Origin: Chloropicon primus
Lineage: Eukaryota
NCBI GenBank assembly: GCA_023205875.1
Contig: CP060770.1
Location: 372,001-436,000, forward strand
DNA: 64,000 nt
Reading direction: 5' to 3'
The notes beneath the pieces were generated by a model, which was not told the DNA's origin, did not search any database, and was given only the letters and a program-made list of their open reading frames with translations. Position numbers and translations under genes: made by a program. Positions 12,512-25,073 of this stretch are shown in pieces. Positions within the stretch are counted from its first letter, which is position 1. Every line of letters starts with the position of its first letter.

Positions 12512-13193
12512 CGTAACGCTCGCCGGAAGGAGCCCTGGAGCCCTGGAGCGTTACGTAACGCCAAAGCCCTCGCGGCCTCTCTTGTGGCTCCGCAGAGAGA
12601 TGACAAGACGCAAGGGTCCGCGGAAGGAAAGGAAGGAAGAAAGGGGTCAAGGAACTCGAAACGGTTCGAGGAAACGAACCCCTCCGTAACAGAAGACGCT
12701 CTTGGTCTTTGCGATTCGCTTTTTCGCTCACTGCCCGTCCATGAAGAGCGCCGCGCCCTTCAGCCGCCTGTTCATCTCCGAAGGGAAGAATGTTTCATCA
12801 TGGGCTGCTTTGGGGCAAGTCGGGGAGAGAGGCCAATGCTTGGCCGAGGAGAGGCATTGGTGATCATGGCACAAGTGGAGGCAAAAACAAAAAAAAGGGT
12901 TCTCCTCCAATGTCCCGTTGTTCGTTTCTTCCGCACCAACACCGAAGCTCCTCCTGCGGATGGATGAGGAGGATGACAACTATTTCATTCCTGTAGTTGG
13001 AAGTGAAGGTCAAGGTCACACTACACCTCTCTTGCATGTTGCTCCTTCTCTTGTGCTCACTCTCTCTCTCTTGCTTGCTTGCTAGAGTCGTGCATGGATG
13101 CGTTTGGGCTTCTGCTCGAAGGGAAGACGAGTCAGAGAGTGGTGGAAAGTCATGAACAATCCCTTTCCATCATCCACCAGCACCATCCAGCAC

Positions 13194-13195
<2 letters not shown>

Positions 13196-13244
<49 letters not shown>
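13196..13244. repeat. (CT)n microsatellite
   Basis: Run of roughly 24 CT units seen directly. Confidence 0.9.
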
Positions 13245-13248
<4 letters not shown>

Positions 13249-13346
13249 CTCTTCAGTGTTCCTTGAAGAGACTCGAAGAGACCAGTGAAACCAAAACCAA
13301 AGGCGGCATCTTGGTGGGGACCTTGACTCGACTCCACTGACGAACT

Positions 13347-13448
13347 ATGGGGAACATTGGGAGGTTCTTGCAACCTTATTACTTGTTCAATGCATTGATC
13401 TTGCTCTCGTACCCTCTTGCCAGGTTCTGGGCCGTAAGTCAACACCAT

Positions 13449-13479
<31 letters not shown>

Positions 13480-14420
13480 ATGTCCATCCCCAGACCAAGA
13501 TGAACCAAGTGAATCCAAGGGACGACTCGATGTGGAACATTGGGAGGAAGGGGACGGCACGGGACGGCAATGACTGACGGTAGCAATCTCAATCTCTCAC
13601 ACACGCAATTCGTTTGTGTCCTCACGGGTGGTGGTGCAGATGAACACCAGGGGGTTGAGGAATGGACTTGTGCACACGGAGTCCGAGGTGATCAGCTGGG
13701 AGAAACAAGCGTTCAGCTTGCTGGGCATCATCACGGTGGTGAAATTCATCAAGAGGCAATCCCTGGACTCCTTCTTCTCGGACTTTTTCATGTTCATGAA
13801 AGTTGCTGTGGCTGTCCTGGCCTTTGTCTTGGATGTGAGGTGAGTCATCCTGTGTATAGGAATAGTGTCAATACCTTGGCGTCCTGACTTTGTTCACTTG
13901 TCTCGATGATGCATGCAGGTTGTTCAGCTGGTACTGGATGGTGTACACGATCATGTTCGTCCTCCTTCAGCAACCACGATACGCTGGTCCCTCCAAGTTC
14001 ACGCACTACACACCTGCAAGCCTGCATGAAGCGGTGAACCTCGATGACGGTGTCTCCAGACTTATTGAGTTCCACGCGGCATGGTCGCCGCCGTGCCTTC
14101 ACCTGGAACCCGCAATGGCGGAGCTCTCAGTCAAGTACACCAAAGATGATTTCAAGTTTGGAAAGTTTGACGTGGGAAGGTGGCCTTACGTTGGTGAAGG
14201 GTACAAGGTATCGACTTCGGCGATTGCCAACCAACTGCCGACTTTGATCTTGTTCAAGGGAGGCAAGGAGGTGGCCAGGATTCCACACGTCTTCAAGGAC
14301 GGCTCATTCGTCAAGGGGCGGTACAGGAAGAAGGACATCATCAAGGGCTTCGATTTGGACGGCAAGAGCAAGAGAAAGACGACAGCAAAGTCCAAGAGGG
14401 AGGCCAAGAAAACGAGGTGA
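13347..14420 (+). CDS. TMX2: Thioredoxin-related transmembrane protein 2. Exons 13347-13433, 13640-13839, 13919-14420
   Basis: GT-AG introns join three ORFs in frame. FLQPYYLFN N-terminus, TM segments, Trx fold with an SxxC-type site (AAWSPPC), FGKFDVGRWP, QLPTLILFKGGKE, basic C-tail. Confidence 0.9.
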
Positions 14421-14607
14421 TGATAGAGGGTCGAGTCGAGGAGGAATTGTATTTTTTTTGAACCACGCGCCGGGGACTTGGGCCAGGGAGCACGGGCCAG
14501 CAGACGAAGACGGTGTCCCCGAATGAGTAAAACATTGTAGTACTACGAATAAAATTGTGTCCTAGCGGGGTCCGCTGTCCGGTTGCGCCGCGACGCGGGT
14601 GTGTATT

Positions 14608-16325
<1,718 letters not shown>

Positions 16326-16823
16326 AGATTGTGAAATGATCTTTCGATTCATCCCCCTCAACTCCCGGTTCCTTCGTTTTCAAAGGGTCGTTTCCTCGGT
16401 TGAAGACGACTCACCTCCCGTCGTCAAGCGCCGTGTTGAGTCGTCGTGCGCCGTGAGCCGCAGATTTCTGAGTACACCCCTATCCCGACCCCATGGACAC
16501 TCCCCAGACGTTCTCACCTAAACAACACATCACACATAAAACGCTCCACCTTTATTCTCTCTATGTAATCATTCCTCCACCATTTCTGTACACTCTTTTT
16601 CCGTTTTTGGTATATTCCTACGTCTTGTAAAGAATCTTTTGAATGTGTTCGGTGTGTAAGTATACTTTTAGTGTCGTCGAAAGGCGGCGGCTGAAAGGCG
16701 GCTGAAAGAAGACGAAGACAGAGAAGGAGAGAAGAGAGAGCGTCGAGCAACAGGAGCGCGCGCTGAACGACGGAAGAGACGGAAGAGACGGAGAGACACA
16801 CGAACACACACACATCCATCATC

Positions 16824-17917
16824 ATGGCGACGTTCACGGCGAGGAAGAAGATTCTCAAGGTAAGAAAAACGCATCACACAGCAAAACACCATCCACAAAC
16901 ACCATCCACAAACACCACAAAGGGATCCCAAACCCATACCCATTACCCATGCTCAAGTCCATGCCATGCCAAAGCCGAAGTCGAAGTCGAAGTCGAAGTC
17001 GAAGCATCGCCTGGTTTTGTTTTTTCATGGCGTGGCGTGTTGTGATTTCTTTCGCGCTTGCTGTTTTGTCTTGACAAAGGAAATGGGGATGGCACGAGAG
17101 GCACGAGGTTTTTTTCTTTTTCAAACAAAAAAAACATTGAAACCCAACCACCGCCATGGTGTCTTGGCCTCCGTGATGCTCACCACCACCACCACCACGA
17201 TCACCATCATCATCATCATGTCTTGTTTTGTTTTGTTCCTCCGCCATTGGGTTTCGTTTCACTGACGCAACGCATTCCCTTTTCCTTTTTGCTTTCCTCC
17301 ATCACAACGCATCGCAACGCATGACATGGTTTGTTTCGTTCATCTTGATTATATATAATTTGTATGAATAGGAGAAGGGCGTGTCACCCGATAGCTTTGA
17401 GGAGAGCGTGGCTCAGGCATTGTTTGACCTGGAAGCGACGAGCGCGGAGTTGAAGGGAGACTTGCGGGACTTGTACATCATGAGTGCCAAGGAGGTGGAC
17501 ACGAGCGGCGGAAGGAAGGCGGTGATCATCCACGTGCCATTCCGCTTGAGGAAGGGCTTCCAGAAGATTCAGGAGAGGCTCGTCAGGGAGCTCGAGAAGA
17601 AGTTCAGCGGGAAGCACGTCGTTATCGTAGCACACAGAAAGATCATGAAGCCTCCAAAGTCTGGATACTCGCTCGCCAGGTCTAGAAGCAGGTCCCTCAC
17701 CGCCGTCCACGAGGCCCTCCTCAGCGACGTCTGCTACCCAACCGAGATCGTCGGAAAGAGGACGAGGTTCGCCGGAGACGGTTCCAAGGTCCTCAAGGCC
17801 TTCTTGGACCCAAAGGAGAAGAACTCCACCGAGGGAAAGCTCGAGACCTTCAGTGCCGTGTACAGGGATTTGACCGGGAAGGACGTTCACTTCGAGTACC
17901 CCATCCAGGAGTCCTAA
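16824..17917 (+). CDS. RPS7: 40S ribosomal protein S7 (eS7). Exons 16824-16859, 17372-17917
   Basis: [33 protein letters not shown]...[15 protein letters not shown]...EIVGKR; GTAAG donor and TAG acceptor, in frame. Confidence 0.97.
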
Positions 17918-19146
17918 AGAACAAACACACAAAACACAAAACAACAACCGTTTAGTATAACTTTACTTCTAGTATAGCACAGAAAACAAGGCCGGCCTGG
18001 GAGACCCAAGAGACTTTCTTCTTCTTCTTCTTCTTCTTCTTCTTCTTTGTGTGGCCGAGAGAACCAGTTATTATGAGAACGTACGACCGCCTTGTCCTTC
18101 TTTTTCTTCTTCCATCCCACCCGCCCAGTCCAGCCAATCCATGGGCCTGAGGAAGAACGAAGGAAGGAAGGAGGAGAAGAAGAAGGACAAGGGAAGGCTT
18201 GTTGGCTTGCTGTTTCGGATGCAAACCTACCTTGCACCCTTCTCTCTTCTTCCTTGTCCCTCCCTTTACTGCGATTGAAGTGAATTGTTCAGGAGGCCAG
18301 ACAAAGCTTGAGCTTGTCTCCTCCTCCTCCTGGTTCATGGTAATGAAAGACAAGAGGACAACGGCGCAATGCCTCCCTCCAGAACGCAAATCCAAGCCAA
18401 GGGAAGCCAAGGGAAGCCCAGCCAAGCCCAGCCAAGCCCGCAGAGATGCTCTGCGAGCTTCCCCACCCCCAGCATCGTCCTCCCCTCAGCGTCTGCCTCC
18501 TCCTCCTCCTCCTTTGTTCTCCTTTGCCTTGGTCTCGTTTTAGGGTTTGAAAAGGGCCCAAATCGGTGTAACGTCGCTCGACACAAAACATATACAAAGT
18601 CCGTGTTGCGTTCTTCCTAACACGTCACACCCTTTTCCGACCCAGCAGCGGAGCGCCACGAGAGGAGCGCACAGTGCGGTCGCTGTGGAGGACGAGAGCG
18701 ACGACGACGACGACGACGACCCCCGAGTGGCGGAGGTGTCTCGACCTCGAGGTTAAGCTTTACCGTCATCCCTCACTCGCCGCCATCCCGCCATCACCGC
18801 CATCCCGCCGCCGCCAGAAGTCAGAGAGACGGAGCCTCGACGCGGTGGGCATGAGGTAGAGGAGAGCGAGGAGAGGAGAGGAGAGGAGGAGAGGAGAGAC
18901 AAGAGGAGGGAGGAACGTGTCGGTCGCGTCAGACTTATCAATCTGGTTCGAACGCATGGATTGATTCATTTCGGTTCGGTTCAATCAAAGCTTCCTCAAG
19001 AAGCGTTCGTTGCGTTGCGTTGTATTGGAATGGCTAGCGTTGTTGTTGTTGGTTATCAATATCAAAGGTTGTTGGGTATCTTTTATTTTGGTTCATAGAG
19101 AGCACTAGACAGAGAGCAGAAGAGAGAGAGAGAGAGAGCAGAGACC

Positions 19147-20775
19147 ATGGTGTGGCAGTGCATCCAGAGATTCAAAGAGGATGGGGGTGGGCAGAGGGGA
19201 CAGAGGGGAGAGGAGTCACAGGAGGAAGTGGTGTCCGCCCTGCAGTTCAGCAAAAATGGGGAATACCTTGCTGCTGCAGATTGTGGAGGACGGATCGTCT
19301 TGCTGGAGCAACTGAAGAAGGACTTCACGGATGAGGATGGATTGGAGCAGATGAATTTGGATGGGGATGAGTCGCCGACGGTGAGCGGGAGGAACGGGAG
19401 AGCGAACGGCAGCCCGACGACCAAGGAGGAGGGCAAGGCGGATCACCCGGAAGGGCAAAGCGGGCCTCAGGTGTATTACAAGCACATGATGGAGTTTCAG
19501 TCTCACGAGAGGGAGTTCGACTACTTGAAGAGCATGGAGATCGATGAGCGGGTGAACCAAATCAAGTTCTTTCAGTCGGCGAGCAGCTCGATGAACATAT
19601 TGTGCACCAACGATAAGAGGATAAAGCTGTGGAGCGTTTCGAATCGGAAGGCGAAGAACATCTCCAACTTCAACTTCAGGCCGAACATGAACGTGAGGCC
19701 AAAGACGACGACCGAGTCCATCTCCGCGAGCAAGACTCCCAAACCTAGGCAGAAGGGGCTGAGCGTGAGCACGATAGTGAACAATCAGATCCTCGGCGGA
19801 GGAAAGTTGAAGAGGCCAACGATGGAGAGTATTAGAGTTCCTTGTATATCAAATGTACAATACGTGATGAATGCGACCTGCCGGAGGAACTACGCCAATG
19901 GGCACTTGTACCACATTCACTCGATAGACATAAACACGGACGGGGAGACCTTCATCTCTGCGGATGATCTGCACATCAACTTGTGGAACTTTGAGGTGAT
20001 GAACGAGAGCTTTAACATCGTGGACATGCAGCCTGGCAACATGGACGAGCTCACAGAGGTCATCACGAGTGCGCTGTTCCACCCGAACCACTGCAATATC
20101 TTGGCCTACTCGAGCAGCAAAGGGACGATCCGCTTGACGGATCTCAGGGCGTCCGCGTTGTGCGACACCTCGACGAAAGTCTTCGACGTTCAGAGGCCTC
20201 AGGAGAACCACTCTTTCTTCTCGGAGATCGTGGCCAACGTGACGGACATCAAGTTCACGCCGAACGGGAACGAGATCATCGCGAGGGACTACCTGTCCGT
20301 GAAGCAGTGGGACCTCAGGAAAGAGTCCGAGCCCTTGTGCGTGTACAACGTGCAAGACATTCTGACCCCAAAGCTGGTGGACTTGTACGAGAACGACTGC
20401 ATCTTTGACAAGTTCGAGTGCTGCATGTCGCACAACGGAGAGTACATCGCCTCGGGGTCTTACTCCAACACTCTGAGGGTTTTTGGAACGAAGACGGGAT
20501 CGGACGAGCTCCTGGAGGCCTCGATGACGCCCATGAATGTTCACGGGGCGAGCGAGCCCGTCAAGAACAGGTCCCCGCGCTTTGCTTCCTTGTTCGGAGG
20601 CAAGGCAGTCGCGGACGTTCCAAAGAGGAAGGAGCTGGATTTGAATATTTTAAACTGCTACGCCAAGCTGAGGCACATGCAGTGGCATCCCACCCACCCT
20701 TTGCTTTCTGTGGCAAGGGGGAACGAGATCTACATGCTCTCTGACGTGCCGGGGTCGTCCACGCCGTTTGGTTAA
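19147..20775 (+). CDS. PPP2R2: PP2A regulatory subunit B55 (WD40)
   Basis: EFQSHEREFDYLKSMEIDERVN, TNDKRIKLW, SADDLHINLW, LYENDCIFDKFEC are B55 hallmarks. Confidence 0.96.
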   Translation: MVWQCIQRFKEDGGGQRGQRGEESQEEVVSALQFSKNGEYLAAADCGGRIVLLEQLKKDFTDEDGLEQMNLDGDESPTVSGRNGRANGSPTTKEEGKADHPEGQSGPQVYYKHMMEFQSHEREFDYLKSMEIDERVNQIKFFQSASSSMNILCTNDKRIKLWSVSNRKAKNISNFNFRPNMNVRPKTTTESISASKTPKPRQKGLSVSTIVNNQILGGGKLKRPTMESIRVPCISNVQYVMNATCRRNYANGHLYHIHSIDINTDGETFISADDLHINLWNFEVMNESFNIVDMQPGNMDELTEVITSALFHPNHCNILAYSSSKGTIRLTDLRASALCDTSTKVFDVQRPQENHSFFSEIVANVTDIKFTPNGNEIIARDYLSVKQWDLRKESEPLCVYNVQDILTPKLVDLYENDCIFDKFECCMSHNGEYIASGSYSNTLRVFGTKTGSDELLEASMTPMNVHGASEPVKNRSPRFASLFGGKAVADVPKRKELDLNILNCYAKLRHMQWHPTHPLLSVARGNEIYMLSDVPGSSTPFG

Positions 20776-20924
20776 TGGGTGAGAAGATAGGAACGTCAAA
20801 AAAAAGGCTTGACGATGCTGCTAGATTAAACTAAACGCCATAGAACAACATTTGCCCACAGCTGTGGGTAGTATTAAATACAAACACAAAAATACTTTGA
20901 AGAAACACTTCTCCTCCGAGTCCG

Positions 20925-22667
20925 CTAGGCCTTTTTGTTGGCGAAAGAGGACCAGGCAATGCCGGCGACGCCCAAGCCCAGACCCAAGTAGAGGCACGCG
21001 TCGACCGAGTCGAAATTTTGAAGAGTCGTCGTGAGAGCAAGCAACGTGTCCTGCCCAAAGGCGTAGAGAGAAGAGCTCCAGGTGGAATTTCTCCCGGGAG
21101 CGGCGTCCCCAACCACGGAGCTGGCACCCCTTGCCTGCTCCTTCGATTCGCTTGGAGGCGCGCTGCTCTGTCCCTCGGAAAGCTGCACGCCGCCCGTTAT
21201 GTCCCTGCCCAGAGGCTCGTCCAGCAACATCCCGAATGCGGACCACCTCGTGGCCTTGGTGATCTTGACGAGGGCCATCTGGCCTATCAGGCTCTCGGGA
21301 CCGTCGATCAATATTTGAGCATAGGTCTCCGTGTGGCCCACCAGACGGACTCGGTCCGCGGCCTTCTCGACGATGGACACGTACTGCACGGTCCCCTCCA
21401 AGGACTTGTAGACGTCAGTGAAGCTGTCGACGAGCGCAGAGACCTGGCGCGTCCTGGCCTTCACGATCTGCGTGGGCACGCGCTTCATCCGCGCCGCGGG
21501 AGTCCCCGGACGGGGGTAGAACTGCGAGATGTGACAATGCGGGAACGCGTAGTCCTCGACCAACCTCATCGTCTCCTGGTGGTCCTCCTCCGTTTCCCCC
21601 GGGAAGCCGCAGATGATATCCGTCGCGAGCTCGAGGTCCGGCACGAGGGACAAGAGCGTGTCCGCACATTTCCTGAACTCCTCCACGGTGTACTCCCTGT
21701 TCATGCCCCCGAGGACGCTGTTGCTGCCGGACTGGACCGGGATGTGCAAGTAAGAGAACACGAGCGGGTGGTTCAGGACCTCCGCGATTTCGTCCAGCGT
21801 GTCCAGCATGAAGGGGGGGTTGCTCATCCCCACCCTCAGCCTCGTCCTCCCGTCCTTTGGCAAGACGGCGACTATCCTTCGAAGGAGGTACGGCAGCTTG
21901 ATCCCCAGGTCCCTTCCGTACGCCCCAGTGTCCTCGCTGCTGAGCCAGATCTCCCTCACGTCGGGGTCCTCCGCGGCGGTCCGGGCCCTCCCCACGATCG
22001 CCTCCGGGTCGTAGGAGCCCAGCTCCCCCCTCGCGTGCTTCGTCTTGCAATACGTGCAGCTGCCGAGGCACCCCGTGGACAGCGGGATGATCTCGATGTG
22101 CTTGTTCTTCCTCACCTTGGGGAGGTCCAGCCTGGGCAGGGACTTCTTGGACAGCAGTTGCACCGTGTTCCCCTGAAGCGTCTCCTCCACCGCCTCCACG
22201 ACCCTGTCGATTTGCGAAACCCCAAGCAAGCTTATCCCCTCCAGAGCCTTGATCTTCTTGTCCCCTTGAGGCACGCACCCGGCCACCACCATCGGCTTCC
22301 CGACCCTCCTCCCCTTGTTCACGATGTTCACCATCGCCACCTCGCTCGGGTTCTTCACCGTGCACGTGTTCACGAGCCACAAGTCCGCTTCCCTCGAGTC
22401 CTCCGCGATCCGGTACCCGTACTGCTCAAGCTGGCCCGCCATGTACTCACTGTCACTCGAGTTGTGCGAGCAACCAAACGTCTTGACCCAGACGCTCGCC
22501 GTCCCAGGAACGCCAGCGTTACCATCATCATCACGCCGGCATGAAGAAGAAGGAGAAAGGTCCTGCTTCTTTTTCTTCATGCCGACGCGAACTACGGAAG
22601 TCGTGTCCATCCTCCCGTACTCCGCACCATCCTTCGCAGTGATCAGGTCCTCGATATCGACCGTCAT
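20925..22667 (-). CDS. CDKAL1: tRNA t6A37 methylthiotransferase (radical SAM, TRAM domain, C-terminal TM helix)
   Basis: DIEDL N-terminus, KTFGCSHNSSDSEYMAGQL, NTCTVKNP, CLGSCTYC radical-SAM motif, SQFYPRPGTPAA, hydrophobic C-tail. Likely ATG at 22667. Confidence 0.95.
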   Translation of the reverse strand: MTVDIEDLITAKDGAEYGRMDTTSVVRVGMKKKKQDLSPSSSCRRDDDGNAGVPGTASVWVKTFGCSHNSSDSEYMAGQLEQYGYRIAEDSREADLWLVNTCTVKNPSEVAMVNIVNKGRRVGKPMVVAGCVPQGDKKIKALEGISLLGVSQIDRVVEAVEETLQGNTVQLLSKKSLPRLDLPKVRKNKHIEIIPLSTGCLGSCTYCKTKHARGELGSYDPEAIVGRARTAAEDPDVREIWLSSEDTGAYGRDLGIKLPYLLRRIVAVLPKDGRTRLRVGMSNPPFMLDTLDEIAEVLNHPLVFSYLHIPVQSGSNSVLGGMNREYTVEEFRKCADTLLSLVPDLELATDIICGFPGETEEDHQETMRLVEDYAFPHCHISQFYPRPGTPAARMKRVPTQIVKARTRQVSALVDSFTDVYKSLEGTVQYVSIVEKAADRVRLVGHTETYAQILIDGPESLIGQMALVKITKATRWSAFGMLLDEPLGRDITGGVQLSEGQSSAPPSESKEQARGASSVVGDAAPGRNSTWSSSLYAFGQDTLLALTTTLQNFDSVDACLYLGLGLGVAGIAWSSFANKKA

Positions 22668-22684
22668 GACGAAGCCGATGACGA

Positions 22685-23080
22685 CGAGGATGGTGGCAAG
22701 CGACACCTCGATCGAAAGCTCGCGAGAAGAGACACCCCGTGGTACCCTTCGTTCGCCGAACCCGTCGCCACGATCACTCGCCCGTCACGTTTTCTCTCTG
22801 CCCCTCCTCTTTCCTCCTCTCGATCGATCGCTCTCTCGTGGATTTTGATTTTGATTTTGATCACAGCGAAGTGGCGAGGATGGTGGCAAGCGACACCTCG
22901 ATCGAAAGCTCGCGAGAAGAGCCGCCCCGTGGTACCCTTCGTTCGCCGAACCCGTCGCCACGATCACTCGCCCGTCACGTTTTCTCTCTGCCCCTCCTCT
23001 TTCCTCCTCTCGATCGATCGCTCTCTCGTGGATTTTGATTTTTGATCGCGCACTGACAGCGCTGTGGCGAGGATGGTGGC
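22685..23080. repeat. Tandem duplication of about 190 bp (two near-identical copies plus the start of a third) immediately upstream of CDKAL1
   Basis: CGAGGATGGTGGCAAGCGACACCTCGATCGAAAGCTCGCG... at 22685 and 22875; CGAGGATGGTGGC again at 23068. Confidence 0.93.
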
Positions 23081-23268
23081 CATCGAGGGAGGGGAACGCA
23101 TCATCGATGACAACAGTCAGTCCGCGTTCCCCCTGGAGCGGAGGAGAGGTCAGGCAATTGTCACGAGGAGCTTGTCTTACGGTTGGAACAATCGGAGGTG
23201 ATCGCACCATCCGATCCACACGTCCACGCCATTCACTCTTGCTCTTTGAGGTCTCGTCAGGTCTGAGA

Positions 23269-23862
23269 ATGAGGAGCGTTACAGTCGGACGGTGGAGGGC
23301 TAATGTGGTCATGATGGTGTTTTTCTTGTCCGTGGTAGGATCAGGGCTCGCTCAAACAGTGGGACGCGGCCGGAGGTCCACCCTCTCCGCGCCGCGGTAC
23401 CCTCCGGGCTCCACTTTCAACCCGGGCAAGCCCGAGCTGCCGGAAGGACAAGTCGTGGACTTCGGCGAGCCAGAGCGACCCGCATCTCGGCACGTGGACC
23501 TCGGCGCACGAGAGGTACCCCTCCCCGCGCCGAAGATCGATTTCGGAAAGACGGAGAGGCCGCCGTCCCAGAACTTCCGCCCCCCCAAGCCGCAGAGGCC
23601 GAGCAAGCACCGGGATTGGGACCCAACTCCGCCCTCGCCCATCAGAAAGGCCATGGCGGAAGACCCGTGGAAGCCGGACCCGCGCCTCCCTCGAGGGAGG
23701 ACTTCTAATTCCGAGCCGCCGATGCCGCCGGGGGTCCTGAGCGTCCAGCCCCCACCTAGCGCCCCACCGGCGGTGCCTTTCCGAGTCGCCGAGATCACCG
23801 TGCCGGGCGGTTTCACCGTGCCGGGCGGTTTCGACATGGGCCTGGAGGCGGCCACGACGTGA
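23269..23862 (+). CDS. Hypothetical secreted Pro-rich protein
   Basis: Hydrophobic signal-like stretch (VVMMVFFLSVVGSGLA), Pro-rich body with repeated DFGxxERP, TGTAA at 23972 downstream. Confidence 0.55.
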   Translation: MRSVTVGRWRANVVMMVFFLSVVGSGLAQTVGRGRRSTLSAPRYPPGSTFNPGKPELPEGQVVDFGEPERPASRHVDLGAREVPLPAPKIDFGKTERPPSQNFRPPKPQRPSKHRDWDPTPPSPIRKAMAEDPWKPDPRLPRGRTSNSEPPMPPGVLSVQPPPSAPPAVPFRVAEITVPGGFTVPGGFDMGLEAATT

Positions 23863-24410
23863 CCGTCTAGGAAGGAAGCAGCGAAGGAAGCAGCGATCGA
23901 TCGACGGGAGCACCGAGGGGATAGGAGTCCTATTCGAACAGCTGGTTCGTTTGTGGAAGAACATAAAAACGTGTAATGCAGAAGTTAAGCAAAGAGGGGA
24001 CGACTCATCTTCTTCCACATCATCATCCACGACGACGCCGTATTAGGGTACGAGCACAAGGGGAAGGGGGACGAACAAACAACGGGTCAGAGGAGAGGAA
24101 AGAGAAAGCAGGGAGAGGGGAGGGTCAGGGTCACCTACACTTTCACCCCTCCCTCCTCCTCCTCATCGGGGCGTTGATCCCATGGAAAGGGAATCACACG
24201 AAAATGTTGTCAATGGCAAAGCACGCACTCGCCTTCTTTTGCCGTGAATTCACAAAATTTTGCCATGGCAAACCGCGGCACTCCGCTTGCTTTGCCATGA
24301 CGGGACGAAGCCCCTATCCTCTCGTCAGAACTTGCTTGCGCCCCCGCGCCTATCCCGCGGTGCCTGCTGACCACGCGCGCTTGATCCGGATTGATTGATT
24401 GAACGAAAAG

Positions 24411-25073
24411 ATGATGATGATGAAGACGACTCGACTCCTCGTCCTCCTGATCGCCGTTGCACTGACGATCGGGAGGGTGGTGGTGGCCGACGTCCTGGAA
24501 TCCGAGGAGCCTCCCAAGGAGTGGGACAACATGGCCTCGGCCATGGCCGCGGGAGACTCCACCTCCACCACGGAGAGCGCCCAGGCCGAGGCCGTGGCGA
24601 AGGTGACGACGATGGCCGATGTCGAATGCGTGGGCTGGGACTGCATGAGCATGTCAGGCTCCATGTCAGGCGCCCTCGCCGATGACTTCCACGAGAACAT
24701 GGCGGAGGCTGATTCCGTGGCCATGGCTGCCACTGCGATCGAGAAGGGCGAGGTCACCGTGAACATCGCGGGCATCTTCGAGGACGTTGCCGTCGTGGGG
24801 GACAGCGCCCTGGCCACGGCCGAGAGTGACGCCGAGGCGGACGCCTACGCGTGGAGGAGGAAGGATCGCCCCATTCCAAGCCCACCAGAGCCACCAACGC
24901 CACCACACCCGCCACACCCGCCACACCCACACCCGCCACCAACGCCTTACATCCCCCCCATCCCATTCCCACCGAGGCCGACGCCGCCAGACAATCCATC
25001 TGACGTTCCGCCGACGCCGAGCCCACCATCCCCCTTCCCACCCAACTCTGGCCTCGAGCCCCTTTCCTGTTAA
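24411..25073 (+). CDS. Hypothetical secreted Ala-rich protein with a Pro/His-rich HRGP-like C-terminal tail
   Basis: Signal-like MKTTRLLVLLIAVALTIG, Ala/Ser/Asp-rich core, PPTPPHPPHPPHP tail; GC3-rich codons. Confidence 0.7.
   Translation: MMMMKTTRLLVLLIAVALTIGRVVVADVLESEEPPKEWDNMASAMAAGDSTSTTESAQAEAVAKVTTMADVECVGWDCMSMSGSMSGALADDFHENMAEADSVAMAATAIEKGEVTVNIAGIFEDVAVVGDSALATAESDAEADAYAWRRKDRPIPSPPEPPTPPHPPHPPHPHPPPTPYIPPIPFPPRPTPPDNPSDVPPTPSPPSPFPPNSGLEPLSC

Noticed and set aside
16860..17371. Possible intronic snoRNAs in the RPS7 intron (and the RPL26 intron 45324-45806)
   Set aside because: No convincing box C/D pair with a terminal stem, nor an H/ACA structure, by eye. The introns are mostly low-complexity.
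17950..19100. Short ORFs between RPS7 and PP2A-B55
   Set aside because: Microsatellite and low-complexity translations with no coding signal; probably UTR or promoter.
24259..24272. RFX X-box-like palindrome TTTGCCATGGCAAA
   Set aside because: It deviates from the GTTGCCATGGCAAC consensus at both ends and is not next to the ciliary genes. RFX factors are not known from green algae.
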